Positions 62,668 through 64,000 of a DNA stretch of 64,000 nucleotides are shown here, in pieces. A program made the translations under genes and the position numbers. Source of the stretch: Perna viridis (taxonomy: Eukaryota); assembly GCA_037379345.1 (NCBI GenBank), contig CM074516.1:23560001-23624000 (forward strand). Reading direction: 5' to 3'. The first letter of the stretch is position 1, and each line of letters begins with the position of its first letter. The notes below the pieces were generated by a model that did no database searches, was not told where the DNA came from, and saw nothing but the letters and a program-made list of their open reading frames with translations.

Positions 62668-64000
62668 CCATAAAATAGTGGTCCGATGTCGAAAGTTACA
62701 AAAAATATCAACCGAGTTTTTCGTTCTGTTGATATTATGATAATTTCAGTTATGGTAGTCAGTATGTAAACTATGTTGTAGTGTTAATATAAAACAAAGG
62801 CATCAAATATGATTACCAAAATTATTTTTTTTCAAACGGAGGAAAAAGATGTTTAGACGAATTATCCTTGTTCCAATGTAGGTACAAGTAAGTGAGGTGC
62901 TTGAAACGTATCAATCCATGCGAAAGTCTGTATAACTGCTTCCTGGTGTAAATTTTCTTTACTTGAAACAAAATTAAAAAAAAATATATTTGTTTAAAAA
63001 GGTGTTTTCAATACGCTTAGACGTGTTTTCGTTGACTCTCAATTTAAGATAAAAAATATAGAAGATAGGGTCTTTTGTTCCGATACAAAAACCCATGACA
63101 AGCCGGAGGAATATGAAATGCCTAGATTTCATTCAAGCCCAAACCATTTATATTATCAAGGACATTCAAATTTATTTATTCCTGATTGATTTTTAGTCAA
63201 AGCCCAGTCTAAGACGGGTTACGTCAAGTTCAGATATGATTTTGATAGGGATGATTTCAACTATTTTTCTCCTTGGCTTTTTCAGGTAAGAATCATGTCA
63301 AGATATTATGTATATTGTACAATCTGCTAAATTTTAAAAGTCTCCATCGCCCAATCGTATGATTGTTTGTGTAATTCGAACATCTCCTCTTTTACAATTT
63401 ACTTTTATTGTATATAATAATGCATGTTGAAATGTTTAACAGTTTGATGTTTATGAAGTAAATGATATTCAACTTATTTCAAAAATATGATTTGTAAAAC
63501 AAAACAATGAATTATATAATTCCAAAAAAAATTGCATCGCCTTATGTTGTCTTGAATTTGACAACAGTGGTCATCTCAGCACTAAGATTTAAGATAAAAC
63601 AGACGACTTCAATCTAAATATAAATTTTCCTTACCTATGCAGCAATATCCCTTCATTTCCTGCTTATGGTGATTATATTTCACAATTGAATCGCTACGCT
63701 AGAGCAAGTACTAACTACTCTCATTCCCTTTAATGTCATAAATATCTGCGCAACAGACTCCTGAATCAAGAATAAGAGGAAATGCGTTTTAAAAGGTCTC
63801 TTACCAAATTCTTTTTTCAGATATCCGTCCTTGGTTGAAAAATACTCAGTTTCTTCTAAAACAATGATTAATCTTTTTTTTTTTGGGTAAAATGTTCTTT
63901 GTGTTGATGTGATCACTTATTTACCAATTATGACAATAGCATGCAAAAGTTTTAAATCACCACTGGTATAGTCATGCCGCTATGGAAGAGGGGGTTTAGC

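Overview
AT-rich animal genomic DNA. The spliceosomal introns, TACATGTA-rich sequence and repeat families resemble those of bivalve molluscs (inference). From left to right: (1) 229-10420 holds a decayed Ngaro/DIRS-type tyrosine-recombinase retrotransposon (gag, RT/RNase H, YR). It carries a nested Mutator fragment and a full-length RTE-X-like LINE, has a UGA-CUAG gag/pol junction suggesting stop-codon readthrough, and has a highly structured 3' region with a four-fold repeated RNA motif. (2) An ankyrin-repeat/SOCS-box gene with a single coding exon lies on the minus strand. (3) An intact 18-exon gene at 20231-44063 (~1957 aa), assembled by hand from splice sites, encodes a type I membrane protein: signal peptide, EMI-like module, 8 EGF repeats, a large unrecognised region with a long helical hairpin tipped by a 10-Cys cationic loop, a KRKRR furin site, an acidic N-glycosylated stalk, Ig, GCC2/GCC3, EGF and TM. 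Two of its exon/donor junctions have been amplified into tandem arrays. (4) A decayed Naiad-type Penelope-like element and about 10 short copies of its 3' end. (5) A truncated pseudogenised tandem paralog of gene 3. MITEs, HINE-like repeats, minisatellites and LINE fragments are scattered throughout. No tRNA, rRNA or CRISPR array is supported.
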